From assembly GCA_031459625.1 (NCBI GenBank), contig JAVKIH010000002.1, positions 73,174 to 137,173 on the forward strand: a stretch of 64,000 bases of DNA, in the 5' to 3' direction. Shown here one piece after another: positions 50,232 to 59,448 of the stretch. A program made the translations under genes and the position numbers. Below the pieces are notes generated by a model. The model was not told the DNA's origin. It ran no database searches and saw only the letters and a list, made by a program, of their open reading frames with translations. How positions within the stretch are numbered: the stretch's first letter is position 1; the number at the start of each line of letters is the position of its first letter. This DNA is from Candidatus Geohabitans tengchongensis. Lineage in GTDB: Bacteria; Sysuimicrobiota; Sysuimicrobiia; Sysuimicrobiales; Humicultoraceae.

Positions 50232-52073
50232 TCAGGGCTCGACCGTGAGCGGGACCTGCAGGCGGCCCCGCAGGACCCAGGGCGTTGACTCACGGGTGCG
50301 CGGACGGCCGGCCGCGCGCTCCGGGCCGGCCCGGCCGCTCAGCAGCTCCACGACGAGCTGCGTGTTCTGGTCCCGTTCCGTGAAGGTCGCGATCTGCTCG
50401 GCGAGCGAGCGCACACCCCCGTCCGGTGTCTCCTTCGTCAGCAGGTCGGCCAGGGCATCCTCCGCGACGGTCTGGCTGCCGCCGCGCACCAGCAAGACGG
50501 CGGGGCCGGCGGGGAAGTCCGCCGGGACCGCCACCTCCAGCGTGCGCGTCAGCGGCGCCCCGTGGAAGGGGCGCAGCTCCACGCCGACGAGCACGCGGTC
50601 TCCCGCCCGGACGCGGCCCCGCTGGGGGACCGCGTCCAGCAGGATGGCGGTGCGGCGCTGGCGGCTGACCTCCGCCTCCACGGTCAGGTCGACGGGTGTG
50701 ATCACGGCGAACTCGTTGCGGAAGAGCAGCCGCAGGGCCTCGGGCAGCTCCAGGAGCGCCCCCACGGCGATGTCGCGCGGGTGGTAGTAGACGTTGGCCC
50801 GGCGGACCGGTCCCGGCAGCCCCACCCCGCGCAGGACCATCTCGAGGCGGGCGGTGCCGCCGCCGATCCGGTCGAGCGCACGGTCGAAGGCCTCGAGGAC
50901 GCCGAGCAGCGTGAGCAGGGGGCCGAGCTCCTCGTCCTGCACCACCTGCAGCCCGACCTGCGCCGTGCGCCCGCGGTCGGCGTCCCGGACGCGCACGCGC
51001 ACGGCGAAGGTGCGGGGCGCCTGCCCCACCCGTGCCCCCACGCCCGCCCGCCGGTCCTGGGTGATCGTCCCGGTGACCGCTCCGGCGGACCCGACCTTGA
51101 AGGGCACCGCCACGCTGCGCACCACCTCGTGGATCACCGCGGGGGTGAGGAGGTAGGCCGCGCTCCCTCGGTTCAGGAAGGCGTGGCCGAAGCCCACCAG
51201 CCGGTCCCCGGTGCGGTAGGTGACCGTGCCGATGGCCGTGAGGTTCACGTCGCCCCGCACGAGCTGCGCCCCCATCGCGCTCCCGGGGCCGAGGGGGGCG
51301 GAAGCCTCCAGGGACGCTCCGCTCCCTCCAGGGACCGGGCGGACGCCGTAAGGGCGGAGGGCGCCCTCCAGGGCCTCGAGGGCGCGCCGCCCCAGCCCGG
51401 CCACCAGGAGGGGGACGGCGACGGGCTGGAAGCGCGCCACCCCGGGCGGCACCGGCCCGTTCCCCCCGAGCTGGACTCGCTCCACGCGCACGGCGCCCAC
51501 CTGGAGGGGACGGCTGAGGGCGTGCGTCCGCGGCCCCCCGGAGGCGAGAGGCGGGGCGGCCGGTTTCGGCGGGCTGGCGCCGGGCAGGGCCTGGAGCATG
51601 TCGCCGATCGGTGTGACCAGCCCCAGCGTGTGGTCGCTGAAGGTCCATCCGAAGCCGATCGCCCCCAGCAGCCGTTCCCGCGGCCGGCCGTCCGGCCCGC
51701 GGTCGACGATGCTCACCGGGCTGCCGCTCATGCCCGCGGCGATCCCGCCGCTGCGGGCGATCAGGGGACCGGAGGCCCGGATGAGGACGAGGTCCCCGGC
51801 CGGCCCGGCGCCGCGCAGCACGTCGAGCACCTCCACGTCGAAGCGCTCCACCCGCGCGCCCCGGATCACCGTGCGGCCCACGCCGCGCATCCCCCGCCGC
51901 ACCTCGGCCAGCGGCACGAACGCCGCCCCCGTCATCCCCGGGTCGGCGGACGTGGCGCCACGCCGGTCACCGCCCGGAGCCGCCCTGGCACCGTCGGCGC
52001 CGGGAGCTGCCCTGGCACCACCGACGACGGTCCCCACCACGCCCACGAGGAGCGCGACGGCGAGCCCGCGCAT
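50232..52073 (-). CDS. SpoIVB/peptidase S55 domain protein, copy 2
   Basis: Signal peptide, GIAAGMSGSP, IGTVTY...FGHAF. Confidence 0.88.
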   Translation of the reverse strand: MRGLAVALLVGVVGTVVGGARAAPGADGARAAPGGDRRGATSADPGMTGAAFVPLAEVRRGMRGVGRTVIRGARVERFDVEVLDVLRGAGPAGDLVLIRASGPLIARSGGIAAGMSGSPVSIVDRGPDGRPRERLLGAIGFGWTFSDHTLGLVTPIGDMLQALPGASPPKPAAPPLASGGPRTHALSRPLQVGAVRVERVQLGGNGPVPPGVARFQPVAVPLLVAGLGRRALEALEGALRPYGVRPVPGGSGASLEASAPLGPGSAMGAQLVRGDVNLTAIGTVTYRTGDRLVGFGHAFLNRGSAAYLLTPAVIHEVVRSVAVPFKVGSAGAVTGTITQDRRAGVGARVGQAPRTFAVRVRVRDADRGRTAQVGLQVVQDEELGPLLTLLGVLEAFDRALDRIGGGTARLEMVLRGVGLPGPVRRANVYYHPRDIAVGALLELPEALRLLFRNEFAVITPVDLTVEAEVSRQRRTAILLDAVPQRGRVRAGDRVLVGVELRPFHGAPLTRTLEVAVPADFPAGPAVLLVRGGSQTVAEDALADLLTKETPDGGVRSLAEQIATFTERDQNTQLVVELLSGRAGPERAAGRPRTRESTPWVLRGRLQVPLTVEP

Positions 52074-52170
52074 CTTCTCCCTCCTCACCGGCCCCCAGAA
52101 GCACGAGGGACGGGGGACGTCGCCCCCCGTCCCTGTGCACCCCACGGGCACCCGTCGCTGCCGGGTGCCG

Positions 52171-54000
52171 TCACCGCACCAGGATCGGGACCGTCACCTG
52201 ACCCTGGATCACCCAGTCCGTCTCGACGAGCCCGCCGGCGAAGACGTCGAACTTGGTGAACTCCACCCCGTCGGCCGGCAGCCCGAACGGCACCACCTGG
52301 AGCAGGATGTGGTTGTTCTTTCCGAAGTTCTCGAAGATGTCGATGGCCTCCTCCAGGTTCTCGCCGGGGAAGGGCTCCTGCTCCCCCACCACCATGCTGA
52401 CGAAGGCGTCCCCCAGGCTCGGCGCCTGGGAGGGCGGCGGCTGCGTCCCGCCGGGTCCCACCACGAGGAAGGCCGGGCCGCGCGGGAAGTTACGGGGGAT
52501 CGGGACCTCCAGGACGCGCGTCGTCTGGACGTTGCGCTGGAACGGCCGGGCGGTGATGCGCACGCGCAGCCGCTCGCCGGGGCTGACCTCGCGACGCTCC
52601 ACGTCCACCGTCTGGATGGTGGCGGTCTGGCGCTGGCGCGTGATCGCCACCTGGATCGTCATGTCGATGGGGTTGAGCTGGGTGAAGGGGTTCTGGAAGA
52701 GGAACTGGGTGGCGAACGGCACGTCGAACATCGCGGCGATGGCCACGTCCAGGTCGCTGTAGAAGACGTTCTCGCGCTCCAGCACGCGGGGGAGGCCGGC
52801 GGCCCGCACCGTCATCTTCACGCGCGCGGTGCCTTCGCCGATGACCTGGTCGCGTGCCCGCTCCACTGCCGTGAGGGCCATGATCGGGGCGAAGACGCGC
52901 ACCAGGTCCTCCCGCCGCACCACCTGCATCCCCTTGGTGACCTGCCGTCCGCTGTCCAGGTCGTTCACCACGACCCGCACGGCGAACATCCGGGGCAGCT
53001 CCCCGAGCACCCCGCGGATGGCCTGCCCGCGGTCCTGGTCGATCTTGCCGATCAGGCCGCCCAGGTTCCCCTCCTTGAAGGGGCGCTCCAGCGTGCGCAC
53101 CACCTGGATGATCTCCGAGGCGGTCAGGCCGTAGTCCACGGCGCCGAACTGGTCCCAGGGGTGACCGCAGATGAGCAGACGGTTGCCCACCCGCAGCGTC
53201 ACCGTGCAGATCCCCCCGAAGGTGATGTCGCCGAAGACCTGGACGATGCCCACGGTGCTGCCGTCGCGGATGCGCTCCGCCTGGAGCTCGGCCCGGGTGC
53301 CGCCGGCCTGTACCAGCGGGCGCGGCGAGCGGTCGCCCAGGATGCGCCGCAGCAGGGTGAAGGCGCGGGGGGTGAGGCCGCTCACCTGGCTCACCGTGGT
53401 GGCCGGCACGAAGGTGAGGGAGCCGGGCAGGGCGGCGGCGCGCGCCGCCGCGCTCCCCCAGGCCACCACGACGCGCTCCACCGGCCGGCCCGCCACCCGC
53501 AGCGGCCAGAGCGGCCGGTAGACGGTCGGCCACCGCTCCACGCGACGGTCGGCACCGGGACGGCCCTGGTCGGTGAGGAGCGGCAGCATCTCCTCAATGG
53601 GCGTGGCCAGCCCCAGGTCGCGCGTGCCGGGCTGCCAGATGTAGCCGGCGCTGAGCGCACCGATGAGCCGGCCGTTCACGTAGAGCGGGCTGCCGCTCAT
53701 GCCCGCCGCCACGCCCCCGGTGCGCTCCATGAGCGGGCCAAAGACGCGGAAGAGGATGAGGTGCTTGACGTTGATGATCCCGCCGCCGCCCTGGAGGATG
53801 CCGATGACCTCGAAGTCGAACTGCTCGACCCGCTGCCCCTGGATGACGGTCCGGCCGATACCGCGCATCCCCGGCCGCACCTCCCCCAGCGGCATGATGG
53901 GCGGCAGGCCCTCCTGTCCGGAGCCCGCCGACGCCTGCGGCAGGACGAGCCCGGCGGCCAGCGCCAGGACGATGGCGAGCCGAACGAGCGAGCGGATCAC
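52171..54000 (-). CDS. SpoIVB/peptidase S55 domain protein, copy 1
   Basis: Signal peptide, GVAAGMSGSP, ICTVT...CGHPW. Confidence 0.88.
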   Translation of the reverse strand: MIRSLVRLAIVLALAAGLVLPQASAGSGQEGLPPIMPLGEVRPGMRGIGRTVIQGQRVEQFDFEVIGILQGGGGIINVKHLILFRVFGPLMERTGGVAAGMSGSPLYVNGRLIGALSAGYIWQPGTRDLGLATPIEEMLPLLTDQGRPGADRRVERWPTVYRPLWPLRVAGRPVERVVVAWGSAAARAAALPGSLTFVPATTVSQVSGLTPRAFTLLRRILGDRSPRPLVQAGGTRAELQAERIRDGSTVGIVQVFGDITFGGICTVTLRVGNRLLICGHPWDQFGAVDYGLTASEIIQVVRTLERPFKEGNLGGLIGKIDQDRGQAIRGVLGELPRMFAVRVVVNDLDSGRQVTKGMQVVRREDLVRVFAPIMALTAVERARDQVIGEGTARVKMTVRAAGLPRVLERENVFYSDLDVAIAAMFDVPFATQFLFQNPFTQLNPIDMTIQVAITRQRQTATIQTVDVERREVSPGERLRVRITARPFQRNVQTTRVLEVPIPRNFPRGPAFLVVGPGGTQPPPSQAPSLGDAFVSMVVGEQEPFPGENLEEAIDIFENFGKNNHILLQVVPFGLPADGVEFTKFDVFAGGLVETDWVIQGQVTVPILVR

Positions 54001-54101
54001 TGGCGGTCCTCCCTCCTCGAGGCGCAGACAAATGTCGCCCGTCTCCGTGCGAGACGGGCGCATCAGCGATGGGCGTCGACAGTCCAGCGTGCGGATCGAG
54101 G

Positions 54102-54404
54102 CTACCGGGGCTCCAGGCGGGCGACGACCTGGCCCTTCTCCCTGATGACCTGGCCGGGACGGACCAGCACCTCCACGATCACCCCGTCCGCGGGGGCCCG
54201 CGCGGCGACCGCCCGCCCGGCCACCGTGCGGACGTAGACCAGCGGGTCGCCGTCGCGGACGCGGTCGCCGGCCTTGACGAGGCCCTCCTCCAGGACCTCC
54301 CCGGTGAGGGTGGCCTTCACGTCGCGGAGCTGCGGTGCGGCCCCCACCGCGGTCGCCAGCAGGGCGACGGCGAGCAGCCCCAGTGTGGTGGATCGCCTGG
54401 TCAT
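54102..54404 (-). CDS. Exported biotinyl/lipoyl-like domain protein
   Basis: Signal peptide; VKAGDRVRDGDPL...RAPADGVIVEVLVRPGQ. Confidence 0.75.
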   Translation of the reverse strand: MTRRSTTLGLLAVALLATAVGAAPQLRDVKATLTGEVLEEGLVKAGDRVRDGDPLVYVRTVAGRAVAARAPADGVIVEVLVRPGQVIREKGQVVARLEPR

Positions 54405-54483
54405 GGCGGTGACTCCCCGGCCGCCTTCAGCATAGTGGGTCGCCGCACCCCGCACAAGGCGCACGGGCCCCTCCCGCCTCCCG

Positions 54484-55659
54484 CTACGGAGGCGGCGGCC
54501 CGTCGGTTCCGGCGGGCTGGCCGAAGGGGGTCGGCGGGTCGGGGGTGAGGCCGAACCAGTAGCGGATGGCCTGGACGATCCGCTCCGCCGCCCGCCCGTC
54601 CCCGTACGGGTTGCGCGCCCGGGCCATGGCGGCGTGGGCGGCGGGGTCGGCGAGGAGCCGGGCCGCTTCCGCCACGATGCGCGCCCGGTCGGTGCCCACC
54701 AGCCGGGCGGTGCCGGCGGCCACGCCCTCGGGGCGCTCGGTCTTCTCCCGCAGCACCAGCACCGGCCGGCCCAGCGCCGGGGCCTCCTCCTGGATCCCCC
54801 CGGAGTCGGTGAGGATGAGGTACGCCCGCTCCATCAGCGCGATGAAGGGAGCGTACTCCGGCGGCTCGATCAGGTGCGCCCGGGGGTGGCCGTCGAGCAC
54901 GGCGGTGACCACCCGGCGCACGGCCGGGTTGGGGTGGACGGAGAAGACGACGGCGATGTCGGGGAACTGCTCCAGCAGGTCAAGCAGGGCCAGGTAGATC
55001 TGGCGCAGGGGCTCCCCCCAGTGCTCGCGCCGGTGCGTCGTCACCAGGACCATGCGCCGTCCGCCCAGGTCGGGCAGGTCCGCGGGCGGCGCCACCCCGC
55101 GGGCGCGGATGGCCTGCAGCGCGTCGATGACCGTGTTGCCGGTCAGGAAGATGCGCTCGGGCGGCACCCCTTCGCGCAGCAGGTTCTCCCGCGCCCAGGC
55201 CGTCGGGGGGAAGTGCAGGTCCGCCAGCGCGGTGGTCATCCGCCGGTTCATCTCCTCGGGGAAGGGCTGGTACTTGTCGGCGGTGCGCAGCCCGGCCTCG
55301 ACGTGGGCGACGGGGATGCGCTGGTAGTAGGCGGCCAGGGCGCCGATGAAGGTGGTATGGGCGTCCCCCTGCACCACCACCAGGTCGGGGCGCAGCTCGG
55401 CCAGCGCGGCCGCCAGCCCCTGCAGCGCCCGCGTGGCGATATCCACCAGGGTCTGCTCGGGCTGCATGATGTCCAGGTCCCGGTCCGGCGTGATGCCGAA
55501 GACGCCCAGCACCTGGTCGAGCATCTCGCGGTGCTGGGCCGTGACCAGGACCACGGGGACGAGGTCGGGGGCGGCGCGCAGGGCGGCCACCACCGGCGCC
55601 ATCTTCACGGCCTCGGGACGGGTGCCGAAGATGGTGGCGACGCGCCGGGGAGCGCTCAC
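54484..55659 (-). CDS. wecB: UDP-GlcNAc 2-epimerase (non-hydrolysing)
   Basis: FGTRPEAVKMAP, HVEAGLRT, TDSGGIQEEA, NPYGDG. Confidence 0.95.
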   Translation of the reverse strand: MSAPRRVATIFGTRPEAVKMAPVVAALRAAPDLVPVVLVTAQHREMLDQVLGVFGITPDRDLDIMQPEQTLVDIATRALQGLAAALAELRPDLVVVQGDAHTTFIGALAAYYQRIPVAHVEAGLRTADKYQPFPEEMNRRMTTALADLHFPPTAWARENLLREGVPPERIFLTGNTVIDALQAIRARGVAPPADLPDLGGRRMVLVTTHRREHWGEPLRQIYLALLDLLEQFPDIAVVFSVHPNPAVRRVVTAVLDGHPRAHLIEPPEYAPFIALMERAYLILTDSGGIQEEAPALGRPVLVLREKTERPEGVAAGTARLVGTDRARIVAEAARLLADPAAHAAMARARNPYGDGRAAERIVQAIRYWFGLTPDPPTPFGQPAGTDGPPPP

Positions 55660-55660
55660 G

Positions 55661-56764
55661 TCAGGCGTCCGGGCCCACGGGGCGCTCCAGCAGGCGCAGC
55701 CGGCGGGCCCCCAGGGCGAGCAGGGCCGCCAGCAGGCCCAGGGTGACCACGCTGGCCGGGCGGTTCACGCCGGCCACCGCCAGCGCCCCCACCCCGAAGA
55801 AGGCGCTGACCAGGTAGAGCAGGAGGACCGTCTGCCGCTGGGACAGCCCGCGGTCGAGCAGCCGGTGGTGGAGGTGGCCCCGGTCGGGGAGGTAGATGGG
55901 CTGGCGCGTCCGCCACCGGCGCACGATGGCGAAAGCCGTGTCGACGATGGGCACGGCCAGTGCCAGCAGCGGCACCACCAGTGACAGCGCCGTCACCGAC
56001 TTGTACAGCCCCATCACCGAGAGGCCCCCCAGCACGTAGCCGATGAACATTGAGCCGCTGTCCCCCATGATGATGCGCGCCGGGTTGAAGTTATGGGGCA
56101 GGAAGCCCAGCGTGCTGCCGATGAGGCAGCCCGCCAGCGCCATGGAGATGACGTCCCCCTTGACGGCGGCGGCCAGCAGCATGGTCGTCCCGGCGATGGC
56201 GGCGATCCCGGAGGCCAGCCCGTCCACCCCGTCGATGAAGTTGGTAGCGTTCACCATGGCCACCACCCACAGCACCGTGAAGAGCGCCCCCAGCGGCCCC
56301 ACGGCGATGGTCGCTCCCGTGAGCGGGTGGGTGACGAACTGGGTGGCCAGGCCGAAGGGGATGAGCACCGCCGCCGCCCCCACCTGGAGGAGGAACTTCA
56401 CCGCCGGGTTGAGGCCGCGCACGTCGTCCCACACCCCGGCCAGGAAGATGGCCGTCCCTCCCAGCAGGATGCCCAGGACAGCCCGGTCGGTGCGCGGGAC
56501 GAGCGGGATGCGGACGAAGACGCTGTCGTCGCCCCGCACCAGCTCCACCGGCCGGGTGATCACCATGGCCACCAGCAGGGCCAGGACGAACCCGGCGAAG
56601 ATGGCCACGCCGCCCAGGCGGGGCATGGGCCGAGGGTTGATGCGCCGCCCCCCGGGATAGTCGATGGCCCCCATGCGCCGGGCGATGCGGCGCATCACCG
56701 GCGTCAGCTCGTAGGTGACGATCAGCGCGAGCAGCCCCGCGACGAGGAAGGGAGGGAGCTCCAT
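55661..56764 (-). CDS. Undecaprenyl-phosphate GlcNAc-1-P transferase (WecA/TagO)
   Basis: PRLGG, NFIDGVDGL, MGDSGS, DRGHLHHRL. Confidence 0.92.
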   Translation of the reverse strand: MELPPFLVAGLLALIVTYELTPVMRRIARRMGAIDYPGGRRINPRPMPRLGGVAIFAGFVLALLVAMVITRPVELVRGDDSVFVRIPLVPRTDRAVLGILLGGTAIFLAGVWDDVRGLNPAVKFLLQVGAAAVLIPFGLATQFVTHPLTGATIAVGPLGALFTVLWVVAMVNATNFIDGVDGLASGIAAIAGTTMLLAAAVKGDVISMALAGCLIGSTLGFLPHNFNPARIIMGDSGSMFIGYVLGGLSVMGLYKSVTALSLVVPLLALAVPIVDTAFAIVRRWRTRQPIYLPDRGHLHHRLLDRGLSQRQTVLLLYLVSAFFGVGALAVAGVNRPASVVTLGLLAALLALGARRLRLLERPVGPDA

Positions 56765-56861
56765 GGCGTCAGGCCCGCGCCCGCAACGCGGCGCGTGCCA
56801 ATTCTACAGGTTCCCAGGATGGCGCGGCAACGGACACGGGTGGCGCCGCGCGGACGCGCGC

Positions 56862-57827
56862 TCAGGACACCGGTTGGGGGGCGGCCTCGAAGAGCTCGCT
56901 CACCGAGCGGTGTTCATGGATGCGCCGGATGGCCTCGGCCAGCAGCCCCGCCACCGAGAGGACGCGTAGCTTCGCCAGCGGCTTCCCGGCCGGCAGAGGG
57001 ATGGTGTTCGTGACCACCACCTCGCCGAGCGGACTGCGGGCGATGCGCTCCAGCGCCGGGCCGGAGAGGAGGGCGTGGGTGACGTAGGCGTCCACCTGGG
57101 CCACCCCGCGCCGCATCAGCGCCTGCGCCGCCATGACCAGCGTGCCACCGGTGTCCAGGATGTCGTCCACGATGACCGCCCGCCGCCGGTAGACCTTGCC
57201 GATGACGTGGACCACCTCGCGCACCTCGTTGGGGCGGTCCCGGCGCTTGTCGATGATGGCGATGGGAGCGCCCAGCGCCGCGGCGAACTCCCGGGCGCGC
57301 GGCGTGCCACCGATGTCCGGGCTGACGATGACCAGATCCGACAGGCCGCGGCGCCGGAGGTCCTCGACCATGAGCAGGCGCGCCGGCAGGTGGTCCAGCG
57401 GGATGTCGAAGAAGCCCCAGATCTGCCCGGCGTGCAGGTCGACGGTGAGGATGCGGTCGGCGCCAGCGGTGGTCAGCAGGTTGGCCACCAGCTTGCTGCT
57501 GATGGGCTCGCGCGGCCGCATCTTGCGGTCCTGCCGCGCGTAGCCGAAGTAGGGGAGGACCGCGGTGATGCGCGCGGCGGAGGCCCGTCGCAGCGCGTCG
57601 ATGATCACCAGGAGCTCGACCAGGTGCTCGTTCACCGGCGGCGAGGTGGACTGGAGGACGAAGACGTCCGCGCCGCGCACGCTCTCGTCGATGCGAATCC
57701 CCACCTCCCCGTCGGCGAAGCGGAAGAGGCTCAGCTCGCCGAGCGGCACCTCGAGCCGGTCGGCCACCTCCTGGGCCAGGGCCGGGTTGCCCGACCCGCT
57801 GAAGACCTTCAACGCCCCCGACGCCAC
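56862..57827 (-). CDS. prs: Ribose-phosphate pyrophosphokinase
   Basis: FADGE, PYFGYARQDRK, DLHAGQI, VDDILDTGGT. Confidence 0.96.
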   Translation of the reverse strand: MASGALKVFSGSGNPALAQEVADRLEVPLGELSLFRFADGEVGIRIDESVRGADVFVLQSTSPPVNEHLVELLVIIDALRRASAARITAVLPYFGYARQDRKMRPREPISSKLVANLLTTAGADRILTVDLHAGQIWGFFDIPLDHLPARLLMVEDLRRRGLSDLVIVSPDIGGTPRAREFAAALGAPIAIIDKRRDRPNEVREVVHVIGKVYRRRAVIVDDILDTGGTLVMAAQALMRRGVAQVDAYVTHALLSGPALERIARSPLGEVVVTNTIPLPAGKPLAKLRVLSVAGLLAEAIRRIHEHRSVSELFEAAPQPVS

Positions 57828-57870
57828 CGCCGCCCTCCGGCGCCTCCCGCGCCCGTCGCCGGCCGCCGGC

Positions 57871-59262
57871 CTAGCGCGGGGTCTCGGCGCTCCGCCGGAT
57901 CACCCGGGCCGGCACCCCCACGGCCAGCGCCCCTGCCGGCACGTCCCGCGTCACCACCGATCCGGCGCCCGTACTCGCCCCCCGGCCCACCCGCACCGGG
58001 GCCACGAGCATCGTGTCGCTGCCAATGAAGGCCTCGTCTTCGATCACCGTCGGCCACTTTTGCCCGCTCCGGTCGCGCAGGTTGCAGGTGACCGTGCCGG
58101 CGCCGATGTTCACGCGCTGCCCCACGGCGGCGTCCCCCAGGTAGCTGTGGTGGTGGACCTTGGTGTAGTCGCCCACCGTGGCGTTCTTCATCTCCGCGTA
58201 GTTGCCGATCTCCACGTAGCGCCCCACCCGCGTCCCCGGCCGCAGGTGGGCGTAGGGGCCGACGCGGCTCCCCTCGCCCACGCTGGCGCGGGTGATGGTG
58301 GAGGCCACCACGGTGACCCGGTCGCCGATCTCGGCGTCCACCAGCCGCGCCTGCGGCCCGATGACGCACCCGCTGCCCACGCGCGTAGTCCCCTCCAGCG
58401 ACGTCCCCGGGTGGAGGACGGTGTCCGGCCCCACGGTCACGTCGACGTGCACGTAGGTGTGGGCCGGGTCGATCACCGTGACGCCGGCGTCCATGAGGCG
58501 GCCGAGCAGCCGGGCCCGGAAGGCCGCCTCCACGCGGGCCAGCTCGCGCCGGGAGTTCACCCCCAGCAGCTCCTCCGGGTCCTCGGCCACCACGGCGCGC
58601 GGCCGCACCCCGCGCCGCACCGCCCAGCCCACCATGTCGGTCAGGTAGTACTCCCCCTGGGCGTTCTGCGGGCGGAGCGCTGCCACCGCCTCGCGCAGCA
58701 CGGCCAGGTCGACGACGTAGACGCCGGCGTTCACCTCGCGCACCGCGCGCACATCCGGTGGGGCGTCGGCCTCCTCCACGACGCCCGTCACCTGGCCCGC
58801 CGCGTCGCGCAGGACCCGACCGTAGCCGGTGGGGTCGGCGAGGTGGCCGGTGAGCATGACCAGCCCGCCGGCCTCGGCGTGCGCCGCGAGCAGCCGCTCG
58901 AGCGTCTCGGCCCGCAGGAGCGGCATGTCCCCGTAGAGGACGAGGGCGGCCCGGGCCTCGGCCAGGTCGGCGGCCGCCTGCTCCAGCGCCACCCGCACGG
59001 CATCCCCCGTGCCGCGCGGCTCGGGCTGCAGCACGCAGCGGCCGTCCTCGCCCACTGCCGCCTCGACCGCCTCGGCGCCGTGGCCCACGACGACGACCGG
59101 CCGCGGGAGGCCCAGGGCGGCGAGCGTCCGCAGGACGTGGCGGATCATGGGCCGGCCGGCCACCGGGTGCAGCACCTTGGGCTGCGTGGAGCGCATCCGC
59201 TTTCCCAGGCCGGCGGCGAGGACCATGGGACGGACGGTCTCGCGGGGCACCTCTGGCGTCAT
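57871..59262 (-). CDS. glmU: Bifunctional GlmU
   Basis: LAAGLGKRM, PKVLH, GEYYLTD, hexapeptide C-domain, NIGAGT; start estimated. Confidence 0.94.
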   Translation of the reverse strand: MTPEVPRETVRPMVLAAGLGKRMRSTQPKVLHPVAGRPMIRHVLRTLAALGLPRPVVVVGHGAEAVEAAVGEDGRCVLQPEPRGTGDAVRVALEQAAADLAEARAALVLYGDMPLLRAETLERLLAAHAEAGGLVMLTGHLADPTGYGRVLRDAAGQVTGVVEEADAPPDVRAVREVNAGVYVVDLAVLREAVAALRPQNAQGEYYLTDMVGWAVRRGVRPRAVVAEDPEELLGVNSRRELARVEAAFRARLLGRLMDAGVTVIDPAHTYVHVDVTVGPDTVLHPGTSLEGTTRVGSGCVIGPQARLVDAEIGDRVTVVASTITRASVGEGSRVGPYAHLRPGTRVGRYVEIGNYAEMKNATVGDYTKVHHHSYLGDAAVGQRVNIGAGTVTCNLRDRSGQKWPTVIEDEAFIGSDTMLVAPVRVGRGASTGAGSVVTRDVPAGALAVGVPARVIRRSAETPR

Positions 59263-59448
59263 TCTGGCCGGGGGAGGGGAATCCTGCCGGCGACCGACAC
59301 CGATGACCGGCCGAACGGCCCGGATCCGGCCGGGTGGTCGGTGGGTGCGCCTTCGGGCGGTCGGTCGGTGCTCCCTCCCGGTCACGATGGCCGGTCGGCA
59401 CCCGGTCGGCAGCGACTAGGCTCGCGCCTCTCTGTGCATAAGCGCAGG

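Noticed and set aside
50232..54000. Evidence of endospore formation
   Set aside because: S55 genes sit in OM-cluster context, lack PDZ, and no other sporulation genes are in the window
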